A DNA stretch of 64,000 bases, from assembly GCA_002633005.1 (NCBI GenBank), contig NMRA01000821.1, forward strand, positions 56,274 to 120,273. Reading direction: 5' to 3'. The notes below the pieces were generated by a model. It made no database searches. It saw only the letters and a program-made list of their open reading frames with translations, and was not told the DNA's origin. The translations under genes were made by a program, and so were the position numbers. Each line of letters opens with the position of its first letter. Position 1 is the first letter of the stretch. Source of the stretch: Phoronis australis. Its lineage: Eukaryota > Animalia > Phoronida. This document shows, piece by piece, positions 1-12,600 of the stretch.

Positions 1-175
1 GGCGACAACTGACACGGCGACAACTGACACGGCGACAACTGACACGGCGACAACTGACACGGCGACAACTGACACGGCGACAACTGACACGGCGACGACT
101 GACACGGCGACGACTGACACTGTGACGACTGACACTGTGACGACTGACACTGTGACGACTGACACGGTGACAACT
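1..175. repeat. 15-bp tandem repeat (ggcgacaactgacac)n, intronic, runs off the window start
   Basis: About 11-12 directly visible units, drifting to tgtgacgactgacac toward the 3' end. Confidence 0.97.
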
Positions 176-248
176 CTCTGTTGTGTAAAACCAGCTTATA
201 CGTATGAATAGTGGACGGTGTCATGACATATTTGTTCATATAAAACAG

Positions 249-1322
249 GTCACTGGAGATACGAGATGGTGTGATGTCCACTGCACCGTTGGCCAATACG
301 ACAACAGGCAATAAAACCAAGGACGCAGGACGACTGCTCAGTCGCTCCAATGGATTGTGGGTCAAGTTGACGGGCCTTGGTGCAAAGAAGCCTGTGGTGT
401 TCTCCTTGTCGTATCAAACATATTGTAAGTTGAATTCATTCTGTATAGGTGTGGGGAAATAATTTAAGAATGAAAGACTGAACTAAAGTAAACAAGGTCA
501 TAGGTTCGAATCTACCTTGAGTCTAGTGTTCTGTGTGCAGCACTGTGGACGATAAGGATACTTTTATGCATCTTAGAATAGAATTTTCAGGTCATAATAA
601 ACTCCAAGTCATCATTTCTTTGGTTCATAGAAGCTTCGATATGTTATATTACGTAAAACTTTATCTACCAACTTGTGTGTTTCATGCAGTTCTGTAACAA
701 ATTACCTAAGTTTTCTTTTCTCCCAGCCTGTAACAAGTCTCAGCAGTGCAAAAATGGCATTTGTCTCCATGACGATTGGCGGTGTGATGGGGTCAACCAG
801 TGCGGTGATGGCACGGACGAGTTGAACTGCACCATTTGCAACACAGGAAGTAAGTGCTTTTTATAGGGGCAGTAACCCTCCCCCTATCTTCTGTCAAAAA
901 CAAACTTGGTTTTGTTCACCTAATGTTATTAAATCACTCTCATTGTGTTTTTAAAATAAAGATTAGAAATGTTTTCTGGACTAGAAAAGCAATGTCATGC
1001 CGTTATTGTTCCAGATCGTGTTAATGAGAGAACCAGGGATCCGAAGGTGTCGGTCCCCAGTCTCCATGGGTCATTTATGTCGGTTAAGTTACTGTTACTT
1101 TCACTTTTCTCTGTAAAGTTTATGAAATGTGCTCAACCACGGCTGACTGTCTAACTATGTCCTGTGTTATTTTTAGTTTCCTCCGTTGCTCTCGCCTTAT
1201 CCATAGTTGGGGCCTTCATCTTCGGCATCGTGATCGCTGTTGCGGTTCCCAAGATATACATGCGGTGTCGTTATCCCAACTACAGTCACTTGAGGGATTT
1301 AATGACACCTGTAGAAACTTAA
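249..1322 (+). CDS. 3' part of a CUB + LDL-receptor class A domain single-pass membrane protein (NETO/LDLRAD-like architecture); 5' exons lie upstream of the window
   Basis: Exon 249-424 (LEIRDG...[10 protein letters not shown]) is CUB-like. Exon 727-849 ([34 protein letters not shown]) is LDLa. Exon 1177-1322 gives a TM helix ([21 protein letters not shown]) and tail [24 protein letters not shown]. All junctions are AG/GT with compatible phases. Confidence 0.85.
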
Positions 1323-2944
1323 CCTGGTCATTTGCTTCATTTCTACTTACCTGTCAGAGCAGGTGAGGTGATGGGATATACACTCTGTATTTTGCTGCAA
1401 AAAATTCTCAAGAAATGTCGTGAAATGTGCAGAAGACCAGGGCTGCGTTCCGTTGACAAAGGACTCTCATGTAATGCGTGGTGATTTCTGGTGACGATTT
1501 TCGTGAGCTCACTTGTATTGCATGGGGATATCCCGTGAAGACTCGCGTTATATCTCTGTAGTACATGGTGACACTTTGTGAAGATTTACGTGATCTCACA
1601 TTTCTTGCAAGAATCTCTATGCTTTTATCGTACTTAAATTTATTGATGAATGATGTTAAAAGGCTACGCTAAAATTTTTCCAGCGTGACACTATCTCTGA
1701 ATTTTGGACTTCAAAATCCCAAACGGAAATTGAGTTTTTGTGATTTTGAAGATTGGGACATGAGCAGTTTTGGTGATCAGCATGTTTCTTATAAATATGT
1801 GACACTGGGTTTTGAATCAGCAGTCTGATAACGAACTTGTGACCTTTTAAAATTGGAGAGTCGGTGATGTAAGATTTTCATGAATATCCATGACGTATTA
1901 CATAAAGGGGATTGATCATTTGTCACGGATCGTTGCTCTTGAATTTGGGACGGCTAATACTACCTATTTCTAAAAATTGGTACAAGCTCCAACCTTTAGC
2001 AAAATAATTGTTTTTTAGTATTCCAAACAGTAGTTAGAGTTGTTTTTAAGGTGTAATAAAGTAACTGATCAGCCAGAGCGTGAACTACCTTGATCAGATT
2101 TAGCTGAGTGTGCGCTTAGTCTATTGACACGAATAACCAAGCTTTGAATATTCAACAGTTCCGCGGGGGGGGGGGGCCTGCCAGAGTGTGTTGAATAGGA
2201 TATCAGCAATTTAGAGAGTGTGAAGGTTGTAGATGCTTGAAACAATGGAGGTGATGAAGCTGGAAGTAAGGTAGTACTGCGAAACCGTTCATTACTTATG
2301 TCGTTGTGGTAAGAGTGAAGCTTATTGTAGGAGTTACATTTTCTTGCGTTACCATTTGAGATAGGCTTTAAAATGACCAGTTTTCTTGGCCGTAATGCCA
2401 TTTCACTCAATGCATTATTTTTGTTTTATTGATGTAATACAGACATGTACGTGCTTTTTTTGATTATTGCCATAAGGACTACGACAGTGCTACCTATTGT
2501 TGGAAAAATGAGTTGTTGGGATGTACATAATCATTAAAATTGTAATACAGCTTTAAACAACATTTATCTGATGATCAAAGCTTTTGTATATTGTTGAACT
2601 CTAAGTACTGTTTTACCTTGACCGTTACAATTGCCAACAGGTTTCCGGTCTTCTTAGCTCATGGTAGATTTGGGCATTCTCTGTAAGAACTCTATTTTCT
2701 CCCAAACTCTTCATTTTCTCATGCTCCAGATGTCTGTCCTTGTGTTATAAACGAAAAAAGGGAATAACTGTATCTGATAAAGGAAGTGAATTTGTGAGAA
2801 AAGGGTTTTTGTTAGTAAGAAAAGAACGCTGTTTGAGAATGTTCGTCTGGGAGGAAGAGTTGATACAGTACGCTTGAATGTATGATGACTTTTTTCATGC
2901 TGTTGCTGCGGTTGAAATAAAGTGGCTGAGTGTTAAATTCAGCG

Positions 2945-3037
2945 CTCTAAGAAGTACTCTGAGAAGTACTCTGAGAAGTACTCTGAGAAGCACTCTGAGA
3001 AGTACTCTGAGAAGCATACTGAGAAGTACTCTGAGAA
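2945..3037. repeat. 12-bp tandem repeat (gaagtactctga)n
   Basis: About 7 visible units. Confidence 0.93.
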
Positions 3038-6000
3038 TAATTTAACTCAATTCTTGACTTGAAAACTGATCTTACTATAATATCAGAATTACATTATTAA
3101 TTTAGTTGCTACATCTGGTGTCCCAGCTGGAAACTATGAATGCTTTTTACCAGTTGGGATTACAATAGCCACTTATCACAGCACCTGGACTTTATGACTG
3201 TCATCTTTTGTTGAGGGATTAGGGTGCAGAGATGGGTGTCATTGATTACCATGGTGTGTGGGTGCAATGAGCTATACCTGGTATAGCTCATTGGTTGGTG
3301 GCAACATTCTTTCTCCAGCCATTATTGACGCTGTTTACTGGAGCAAAATCCCTCGTATGATTGAAAATTATCCTTTGTTGAATGGCAAAAATCAGTCGGC
3401 TACAAAGAAGAAAAGAGGAATAATGTGTTGATATGTCCCAACCTGTGTTGTGTAACCTGCCTGGCCAACACTATGGCGGGGTAACATGACTTGGGTACAC
3501 TACTGCACAATAGAGCGCTTATGGGAGTCATTTTTAACCCAAAAGAATGCAGGGATAATTCATTGGGGAGCCTATCATGCAATTGTCGATTAATGAGCCT
3601 AGGCTTGGGTTAAGGTTGGGCAGTGGTGGGCCAGAGGTACAGCTGAGTTAAGGGTGTGACAAGAGTTCACATGGTTGTACATTGATATTGTTATTACAGT
3701 ACCTGTGTAAGCATAACACTGGTGCATTTGAACAGTAGTTCTGTTAAAGCCTAACTTCAGCGGAATTTTGTTATTTTAGATGTATTGGGCTAACCAGATA
3801 GTCCTTGCAAAGCCTTAGAAAAATAAGAAAGCCAGAGTTCAATCACGCAAATGTAAGCCCGTCAAATGGTAAGGGAAGCTGCCGTTTCGTGCCATGTTGC
3901 GTCACGGTGAGATCACAGCAAACAAAAGGTTGTATTGAATAGGGGTCTGAATAGAACACCATTGCGTGCGGGTGTTTTTCGCAGCTGTTTGAATTAAAAG
4001 GTGATTCTTGCTGTGACGTAGACAAAAGCAAGCCAATACGCCTAACAGTTCGTTATATTTGGCAAGTTATGGCACTAGTGGGCTAAAAGTGATGCTCTTA
4101 ATATACTGTAGGAACCAAATTTACAGGTGTTACCATTGAAGATAGGCTTTAAAACACTGTTAATTGATCGTTGCTTTTGTGTCGTCTGTTGGTTGATTTG
4201 TTACGGGACGTCTAAAGACGGAGATGTATGTGTTAAGGTTTGCAATTCAATGTATTGCTCGATTGATGTACTGTTTCAGCAACAAATAATATCACCATTT
4301 TTGTTATGCAATTGAACATTAATATTACAGGAGCTTTTAGTTCTTGACTTTGTAAACTTCAGATTGGCTTTAATGCTCAAACGGTGTCGCTACATTTAAA
4401 AAGTCCATCCTTTTATCTTCTGATCGGATTTAAAGCATTTCACCTGCGCAGGGGCTTCCATGCGTCCCAAATGGCTACAAAAGACACTATGAGGAAGAAA
4501 TTTTGGATTATTAGGGCTTGGAATGACCAATGACAAAAAAAGAAAATTTTCCAAAGTGATGTTTAATTCCACAAACATATCATTAGGCTTGTGTGGAAGA
4601 AATATTTTTTGTGTTATACGCAATAATAATATGCAATTGCATGCATAACATCAAAATAATGACGAGACGAAAAAGAGGAAACGGGAAATCAAGTAATTAA
4701 TCAAGAAATAGGAAATCCTGTTATAATAAAAGGAAAAATTCCAATCCCTCGATTGTGTAACGGAAAAGGTGTATTTTATTGCATCCCATAATCCGTCATT
4801 TCCGCCTCGCTGATCTATCATTTCAGCAGTGGCCATTTTGTTAGTGTATGCAAGTTATGTTCTCAGCTTACTCGGAAAACACTTGTGTGATCTTGTTTCT
4901 CTTCAGGCAGGATAGTTGTTTATGTAGCGCCACCTATTGAGTTTCATGCTCATTAGTTTGTTGTGCTTTTCTGTGTGAGTATCATTTTGTTTTTAAATTG
5001 TCTTCTTTTGAGAATGTACATATTATGTTGTGCAAGTTATCTAAAGCTTCAATAGGCTTTCTTTAAGACCACTTTCCTGGACTGTAGAAGATGCCATTTA
5101 CAAGCTGCATTTTTCTATCATTTTGTTTCGTAATACTGCTGAACTTGAGTTTTTATTTATCAATTCAAGCACAGGAATATGTTTAAATACTATGATCTCT
5201 GGAAGGTCCCTTTGGAGGGTCAATGCTGTCTTCAGTGGTTGAGCAGTATGACCCGATATCGCCCTCCGGATTGCTCCTCATTTGTATAATGGTCTCTTCC
5301 AGGGGTCTCACATTTTGAGAACTAGTTTTCTCCACTGAATAATGGGTAGCCAATTGGTTTTCAAAATCAAGTTATTGCCTAATAATGAGCATAATTTACG
5401 TTACTGGGTAGATAATACATGTTCGGGGCCCGGGATCTGTTTTTACTCATGATAGAACTTTTTAGTTAGCATAGGATGCCCTGTGACTGCTTGTGTGGAA
5501 ACAATAAAGTTTTCTACGTGTAAAATGACTAGTATTTCACAGTTTGATTGTCAATGTGTTAGTAGACATAAAACTAAGAGACAAACATGATAAACAATCT
5601 ATCAAAAATAAGTGCTCGCATAATGTTAACCAATCATTCACTCTCGTCATCCCTACACCTAATTGGTCGACCGAACAAGATATAAGCTGTGATTGGACAC
5701 ACCTTGTGAAACAAACAGCTGACCTTTTGTCACCACAGGTCACTCCAACTGATGATGTGACCTGTATAATATTCCTGAGTGGGCATATCACATGACGAAC
5801 AGTTTGGCTTTACAACTAGTCATGGGTGTAGACAGGACTCAACACCCAAATCCTCAAATTTGACATATGCACTACAAGATCACATGGTGCGTGAGAGATT
5901 GAGTAACACAACAGTAAATGTCCATTTCTTACAGACTTCTGAGAGTTCACTGTTTTAAGCAGCTTCTCACTCAACACTACAAAATTAAAAAATAATCAAC

Positions 6001-6604
6001 TTTGCCATAACAGCAAAATATCCATTTATGGAACAATATGGGACCCTACGTTTCAAGCTTGATTGTTGCATGACATCAGTGCCAGCTTTCAACAATAGTC
6101 ACTAGGTGGTGCTAATGAGGACAGGTTGCACTTAACATCAGCACAGGGATGGCAGAGTGTCCCACTTAACTACCTTAGTCAATACATTGATAAAGGCTGG
6201 ATCCTCTTTTCATTACTGTCCCCTTGTGAATTTCCAGCTCCTCATAGTGACAAGAGATTCCAAAAATTGTACTTGATATCAAGCACATAATTTCACAAAC
6301 CAGATCTTGTGTGTACGCTTGTGGGCAATAGTCACCTGTAGGGTACCGCATTTTGAGAACCAGTTTGATACCTGTGACTCATTGGAGAGTTCTGGTTCTC
6401 AAAATACGGGAAAACTATTAAGTAACTATTACCCAGTTGTGTACACTGCCAATCCATTTTAGACCCGTATGATACCTATCAAAACAAGACATAATATGTT
6501 CTAACTAAAAAACAACAACAAAATATAAGATAAATTGCACTAATTGTAAATATATTTAGTTACACCTCAATCTATACTATTTGTAACACTTGTTGGCACT
6601 CTCG

Positions 6605-9600
6605 TCAACTTTTCTTGTTGGTATAATCGGTAATCTTTGTTTTCTTTGTCTTTGCTGGAGACTTTTCACCCTTGCGTTTTTTGCTGGACGTTGAGACATC
6701 TTGGCCTACGGAATCAGAATCAGTCTTTGACTGGTATGCAGTGTGTTATGTTGAGAGCTAAAAATTTCTATTAATCAAAAAATTCAACAAATAACATGAA
6801 AAACATTAAGTTAAAAGCACATGAAAGTTGTTTCAACACTTCCATAGACTCAAAAAATACCCAGAATTCCCATTCATAATGACAGCATGCAAGTGGAATG
6901 CACTTTCATAGAAGACAATCATAAATCATGATAAGGAATTGAAATTTCATCTGATGGTTAACGTAAGGACATACTGAGTCAGTGATGATGAAGGAAGCAT
7001 TGCTACAAAAGCCAAACCCCATGATTGTGGTAAATATTCTCAATCCAGGCCCACATCTCTACCTTCCACATCTTTGTCAGCCAAAACAATTTAGTTCTAA
7101 TTGATTCCTTGGTGTATTTTGATGACTGAATACAGGGAGGGCAAGGGTCTTTCCGCAGAATGAATGGATCCAAAGTTACTTACAGATCATTATAACTCAA
7201 AGACTGCAAATTACTTGAAGACGACGCCATGAGCTTTACACTTATCTAAATATCGCACAAATAACAGATTTAAAATCATGAACATACCACTGTCAGCTTT
7301 GTTGGCGCTGTAGGCGGCGGCCATTCTTTTAATGTTCCTCTCACGTACAACATCGTGATCAACGATTGGTCGAGGATAGTCAGTGCCAATAACGCACCCA
7401 GCTGCCTTCTGGACAGATAGCGGGGCCTTCCACGGCTCATAGATGTACTGCGCGGGGAACTTCTTCAAGACGGGCAGGTACTTCCTGAAAGACCGTGTTG
7501 AGTGAGTCGAATTCAAGAGAAAGTAACGGAAGGTACACATCAGTAGTGTAACTATAGCCTCAACTTGCCATTCTAACATTTGTTAGGAAATATCAAAACA
7601 ATTAAACGGAAACTTGAAAACCAGCGAATGTTGTCTAATGAACCTCAATCCATTTTCGGAGACAGAGTGGCTTAGCGGTTTGAGCTCCAGACACCCGACT
7701 CGGTATCGAATCCAGGATAGACTGGTACTGGCAGACAATAGAGTTTTGCACAAAGGAGTCTTAGTCATACTAGTGAATGTATGCATGGGAGTGAATAAGA
7801 ACCAGGATGTAATGTGAAAGTTATTACTGGGGGTGTAAAAAAATAACAAATACAAAAACTTTGAGCTGGTAATGTAGAAATATGATTACTTATTTATAAA
7901 TCTAGTCTATTTGCAGTGATACTATATATTGGTTGGTTAATTCTATGGCCATCGTCAGGATGGAAAAATACACTGCAAGTTCCCTCCATAAGTGCACCAA
8001 ATACCCGTGCTCATTCTAACAATACAGAAATAGCGTACCAATATTAACAGGCTAAAGGTTAATGTAAATAGATCAATAGATTTCAGAAATTGGGAAAAAT
8101 TCATTGATTATCAACAAAAAAATAACCCATGAAACTGAAACTGCAAGCGTTTTGGCACTAAATTTTGCACGCAAAAAATCCAACTGCTTTGAATAAACTG
8201 AGGGCAGGCATTTAATGAATTTCGAGCATTTAAAAGAGAAGATTCAGAAAAGTTTCATCTGAGCACAGGTGTGAACGCAAACAAATATGGTACACTCACT
8301 TTATGTAGTCTCCGTTCTTGTCCGTCTTCTTGCCAAATGCGATGGGACTGTAGACGCGGAAATATTGGTGGAAGAAGGCGCTGGCCGACAGCCACATCCA
8401 ATTACCAGCGTTGAGACTCCAGTCAGCATCCAGAAGAAGCTCTTCAAATACCTGAACAGAATTATCATAATTATTATTATAATTACAACATCCCTGTCAA
8501 GTTACCCAACTGAGGCCCCAGTCAGTGTGTTAAGAGTCACTTCTGAATACGTTAAGAGTTGTTGCTAATGTCGAATTTTACAGATTCTGAAGTGGCAGAA
8601 GCTTTGAAAAGATTTGCCAAATATGTATTGTCTTAATTTGGTTGAAATCACAGGTGCTTAAAATGTTATAATCCACGCCAATGCTACTATCACAGCTACA
8701 CCCTTGTCGCCACCAACACCCCGGCCCTGCCGCTCAAGAAGTACATCCCAACCAACAACAAACATTACATTTTCCACCATAAAACTGATTGTGTCCCTAT
8801 AGGACCAGGAATTTAACATGCTGAAGCATTTAAGGTTCCTAATATGATTCCAAACAATCCCACCACAAAGTACAAGGATTTGAACAAATCCTGTTTTAGC
8901 CCTGTTGGCACTGTAAGCCACAGGTAATGACTATGAACCATCACTCAACTGGCCTGTAAATCATGACATACAACAAAAAATAAATCCGATTGGTTATCTC
9001 ATCTTATGCCTCTCCTTCCAACTGGCATCAATTCCCACTGCCCACCTCTTTCAAGATGGCACAAAGGACTTCCCCTTTTAAACAAGTTACCAGCCATTGA
9101 GTCATTTTATCTTCTACTCTTCCTAGCTGACTCAGAGGTCACGGTCACAACATCAACAACTCCCATTGGCCAACTACTCCTAACTGACACATCATAGCTT
9201 TTGATTGGTCATCTCTTCCCAGTTGAATAATGGTTATAAGCTTAACATTACAAGCCATTGGAAATTGCACCTTCTGCCCCTCCTCCCAGCTGATCCAGAG
9301 ATCACCTCGAGTCAAGAAGCATGCGACTGCATGTCTCGCCAGGTGATGTATCCATCCTTCCTTCCTTAGCTGAGTCATGATGGCGTCAATGAAAGGGTAA
9401 CCCGTCCTGGCCTGTAAGGGGGAGTGAATGACATACAGGATAGATGGTACAGCATGGCTGGTAAAGGAAATGGCTGTCATAAAGAATGAAGGACTGCTGC
9501 TGCCACCTGGCTACAATGGGGGTACTAATGTTTAGCATTGAGTGGTACAGGAGAAAGATGGACTATATGCATTGAGAAACCCACTGCTATACCCCTAGGT

Positions 9601-12600
9601 ATAGTGAGCTGTGAATCAACTTAATGATTCACCAGCAGTCTTTTGTTTGTTATCTGTGACCAAAGTGTTCTAAACAATATCTATCGATAATTAGTTTATC
9701 ACACTCATAACGCTTAATCGTTGTGAGAGACCGTCCGGAGTTGGTATATGGTGCAACTCGGGACGGTCTGGGGTCTACAGAAAACCACAGTTCAAATGTG
9801 AGTCTACACCAGTGTGATAAACGAGAGTAGTTCTACTTGCTGCTTCAGCTGCTGGTATGCTTAACTCTTTTATGACACACAATGTGTGATTGGGCAAAGC
9901 GTTTTCAAAATAATGTGGATAAATCGGTGGAGTGTGAGACCCCTGAGGTCCCTGTCAAGTCCTCACGGCAATTTTNTGGAAGAAGGCGCTGGCCGACAGC
10001 CACATCCAATTACCGGCATTGAGACTCCAGTCAGCATCCAGAAGAAGCTCTTCAAATACCTGAACAGAATTATCATAATTATTATTATAATTACAATATC
10101 CCTGTCAAGTTACCCAACTGAGGCCCCAGTTAGCGTGTTAAGAGTAACTTCTGAATGCATTAAAAGTTGTTTTACATATAAAAGTGGCAGGACTTTAAAC
10201 CTTTGAAAGGATTTGCTGCCAAATATGCATTGGGTTGAAATCACAGGTGCTTAAAATGTTATAATCCACGCCAATGCTACTATCACTGCTACACCCTTGC
10301 CGCCACCAACACCCCACCCCTGCCCCTCAAGAAGTACATCCCAACCAACAACAAACATACATTTTCCACCATAAAACTGATTATGTCTCCATAGCAACTG
10401 GAATTCAACATGCTGAAGCAGTTAAGGTTCCTAATACCATTTCCAATCAATCCCACCACAAAGTACAAGGATTTGAACAAATCCTGTTTTAGCCCTGTTG
10501 GCACTGTAAGCCACAGGTATTGACTATGAACAATCACTCAACTGGCCTGTAAATCATGATATATAACGAAAACTAAATCCGATTGGTTATCTCATCTTAT
10601 GCCTCACCTCCCAACTGGCATCAATTCCCACTGCCCAACTCTTTCAAGCTGGCACAAAGGACTGCCCCTTTTAAACAAGTTACCAGTCATCGAGTCATTT
10701 TATCTTCTACTCTTCCTAGCTCACCCAGAGGTCACGGTTACAACATCAACAACTCCCATTGGCCAACTACTCCTAACTGACACATCATCGCTTTTGATTG
10801 GTCATCTGTTCCCACTTGAATAAAGGATATAAGCTTAACATTACAAGCCATTGGCCATCTCACCTTCTGCCCCTCCTCCCAGCTGATCCAGAGGTCACCT
10901 CGGGTCAAGAAGCATGCGACTGCATGTCTTGCCAGGTGATGTATCCATCCTTCTTTCCTTAGCTGAGTCATGATGGCGTCAATGAAAGGGTAACCCGTCC
11001 TGGCCTGTAGGGGGAGTGAATAACATACAGCAAAGATGGTACAGCATGGATGGTAAAGGAAATGGCTGTCAAAAAGAATGAAGGACTGCTGCTGCCACCT
11101 GGTTAGAATGGGGGTACTAATGTTTAGCATTGAGTGGTATAGGAGAAAGCTGGACTATATGCATTGAGAAACTCACTGCTATACCCCTAGGTATAGTGAG
11201 CTGTGAATCAACTTAATGATTCATCAGCAGTCTTTTGTTTGTTATCTGTGACCAAAGTGTTCTAAACATTATCTATCAATAATTAGTTATCACACTTAAG
11301 TGTTTTAAAGATATCAACAGTTTTGTAAAACAAAAAAGTTTCAGCTAACTGTCAAAATTTCTTTTAAAATTCATTTAAATATTAATAACTTTTTGGTATG
11401 AAAATCCAATGACACAAATGTAGTGTTTATGCCATGTACCGTTTGTACAGTGACACAACCGAAAAAATCTCACATGGAACATTCAAATGTCACATGTGAG
11501 AATGCAATGTTCCATGTAACAAATGCCATTTGTAACATGGAACGTGAGTTTTTATGTGTTAATTACAGCTAAGTAAATAATCATTTTAGCAATTAAAGTA
11601 AATATTGAAAATTATGAAATCCCAACTAATAAAGACATCTACTGCACCCACTTTCAATTGAATTGAGCAAAAAAAAAATTTTTTTGAGACTTTGTGAAAA
11701 TCTCATATTATTAAAGAACGTGTTTTAAGTTGACTTTTGTCAAATGGGCCATCGTGCTCTGACTGAGAATTTAACAGGATTAAAGCTGCCAAAAAAGTTT
11801 TGATTTAAAACCGCTTACAGCATGTGGTCACAATTTATTCCTCGTGCAAATAACATGACTTGGAAAGAACTGACAATTTGCTATTGCTTGTGACCAAACT
11901 CAACAAGTTGTCACAGCGGGTGGGGGGGGGGTCATTTCATGTGAAGAGAATGGTTCGAAACAATAATGAAAGACTACTCCTTTCAAAGCCAGAAGTCACT
12001 CCTCATCTGAGTAAAGAACAAGTTCAGGAAACTTTTATGATGCCAAGTGTCTCAAACAAAAGTTGTTTCTCTCATCAAAACCTCGGGTTATATCAGCTTT
12101 GACAGACAAGATCTGGTCTTATCCTCTGTTGGCCACATCACGTGACCTAATGAACAAAGTCCGAAAAGATGTGTGCCCCCGACCGAAACTTGAACCCAGG
12201 ACCCTCTGCTAACCGCGCAGATGCTCGGACTTATGTTCATTAGGTCGCTTGATGTGGCCAACGGGTGGCGTGAAGACAAGCATTGTTTGTTTCCTCAGTT
12301 TTCCATGGAAAGTGGACATAATATTTAAAAAGGTTGCATTACACTTGACCACGCCTCCAAGTACTCGGGGTTGTTGTCCCAAGGAATCTGCCGCGAAATG
12401 GCGTTACCCTCCATCTTGTCAAAGTTGGTTGTCATGGATCCAACTGTGTAGAAAAACTCTCGCCACAGCAACTGTCCATGTAAAGACACAGGTGGCTGGG
12501 TGTGCTTCTGGAATAGTTGAGATAAAAGAATTTAAGATACCATGATGGTTTCAGTTACAACATCCAAACAACTGAAATCTGGAAGCACAGAATCACTCTT

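Noticed and set aside
2069-5795. Short ORFs in the ORF track between the first two genes
   Set aside because: No recognisable domains or splice-consistent structure. The region is likely 3' UTR or intergenic.
9977-11004. Second photolyase paralog
   Set aside because: Only about 1.6 exons are duplicated, the differences are synonymous, and the copy is cut at an N.
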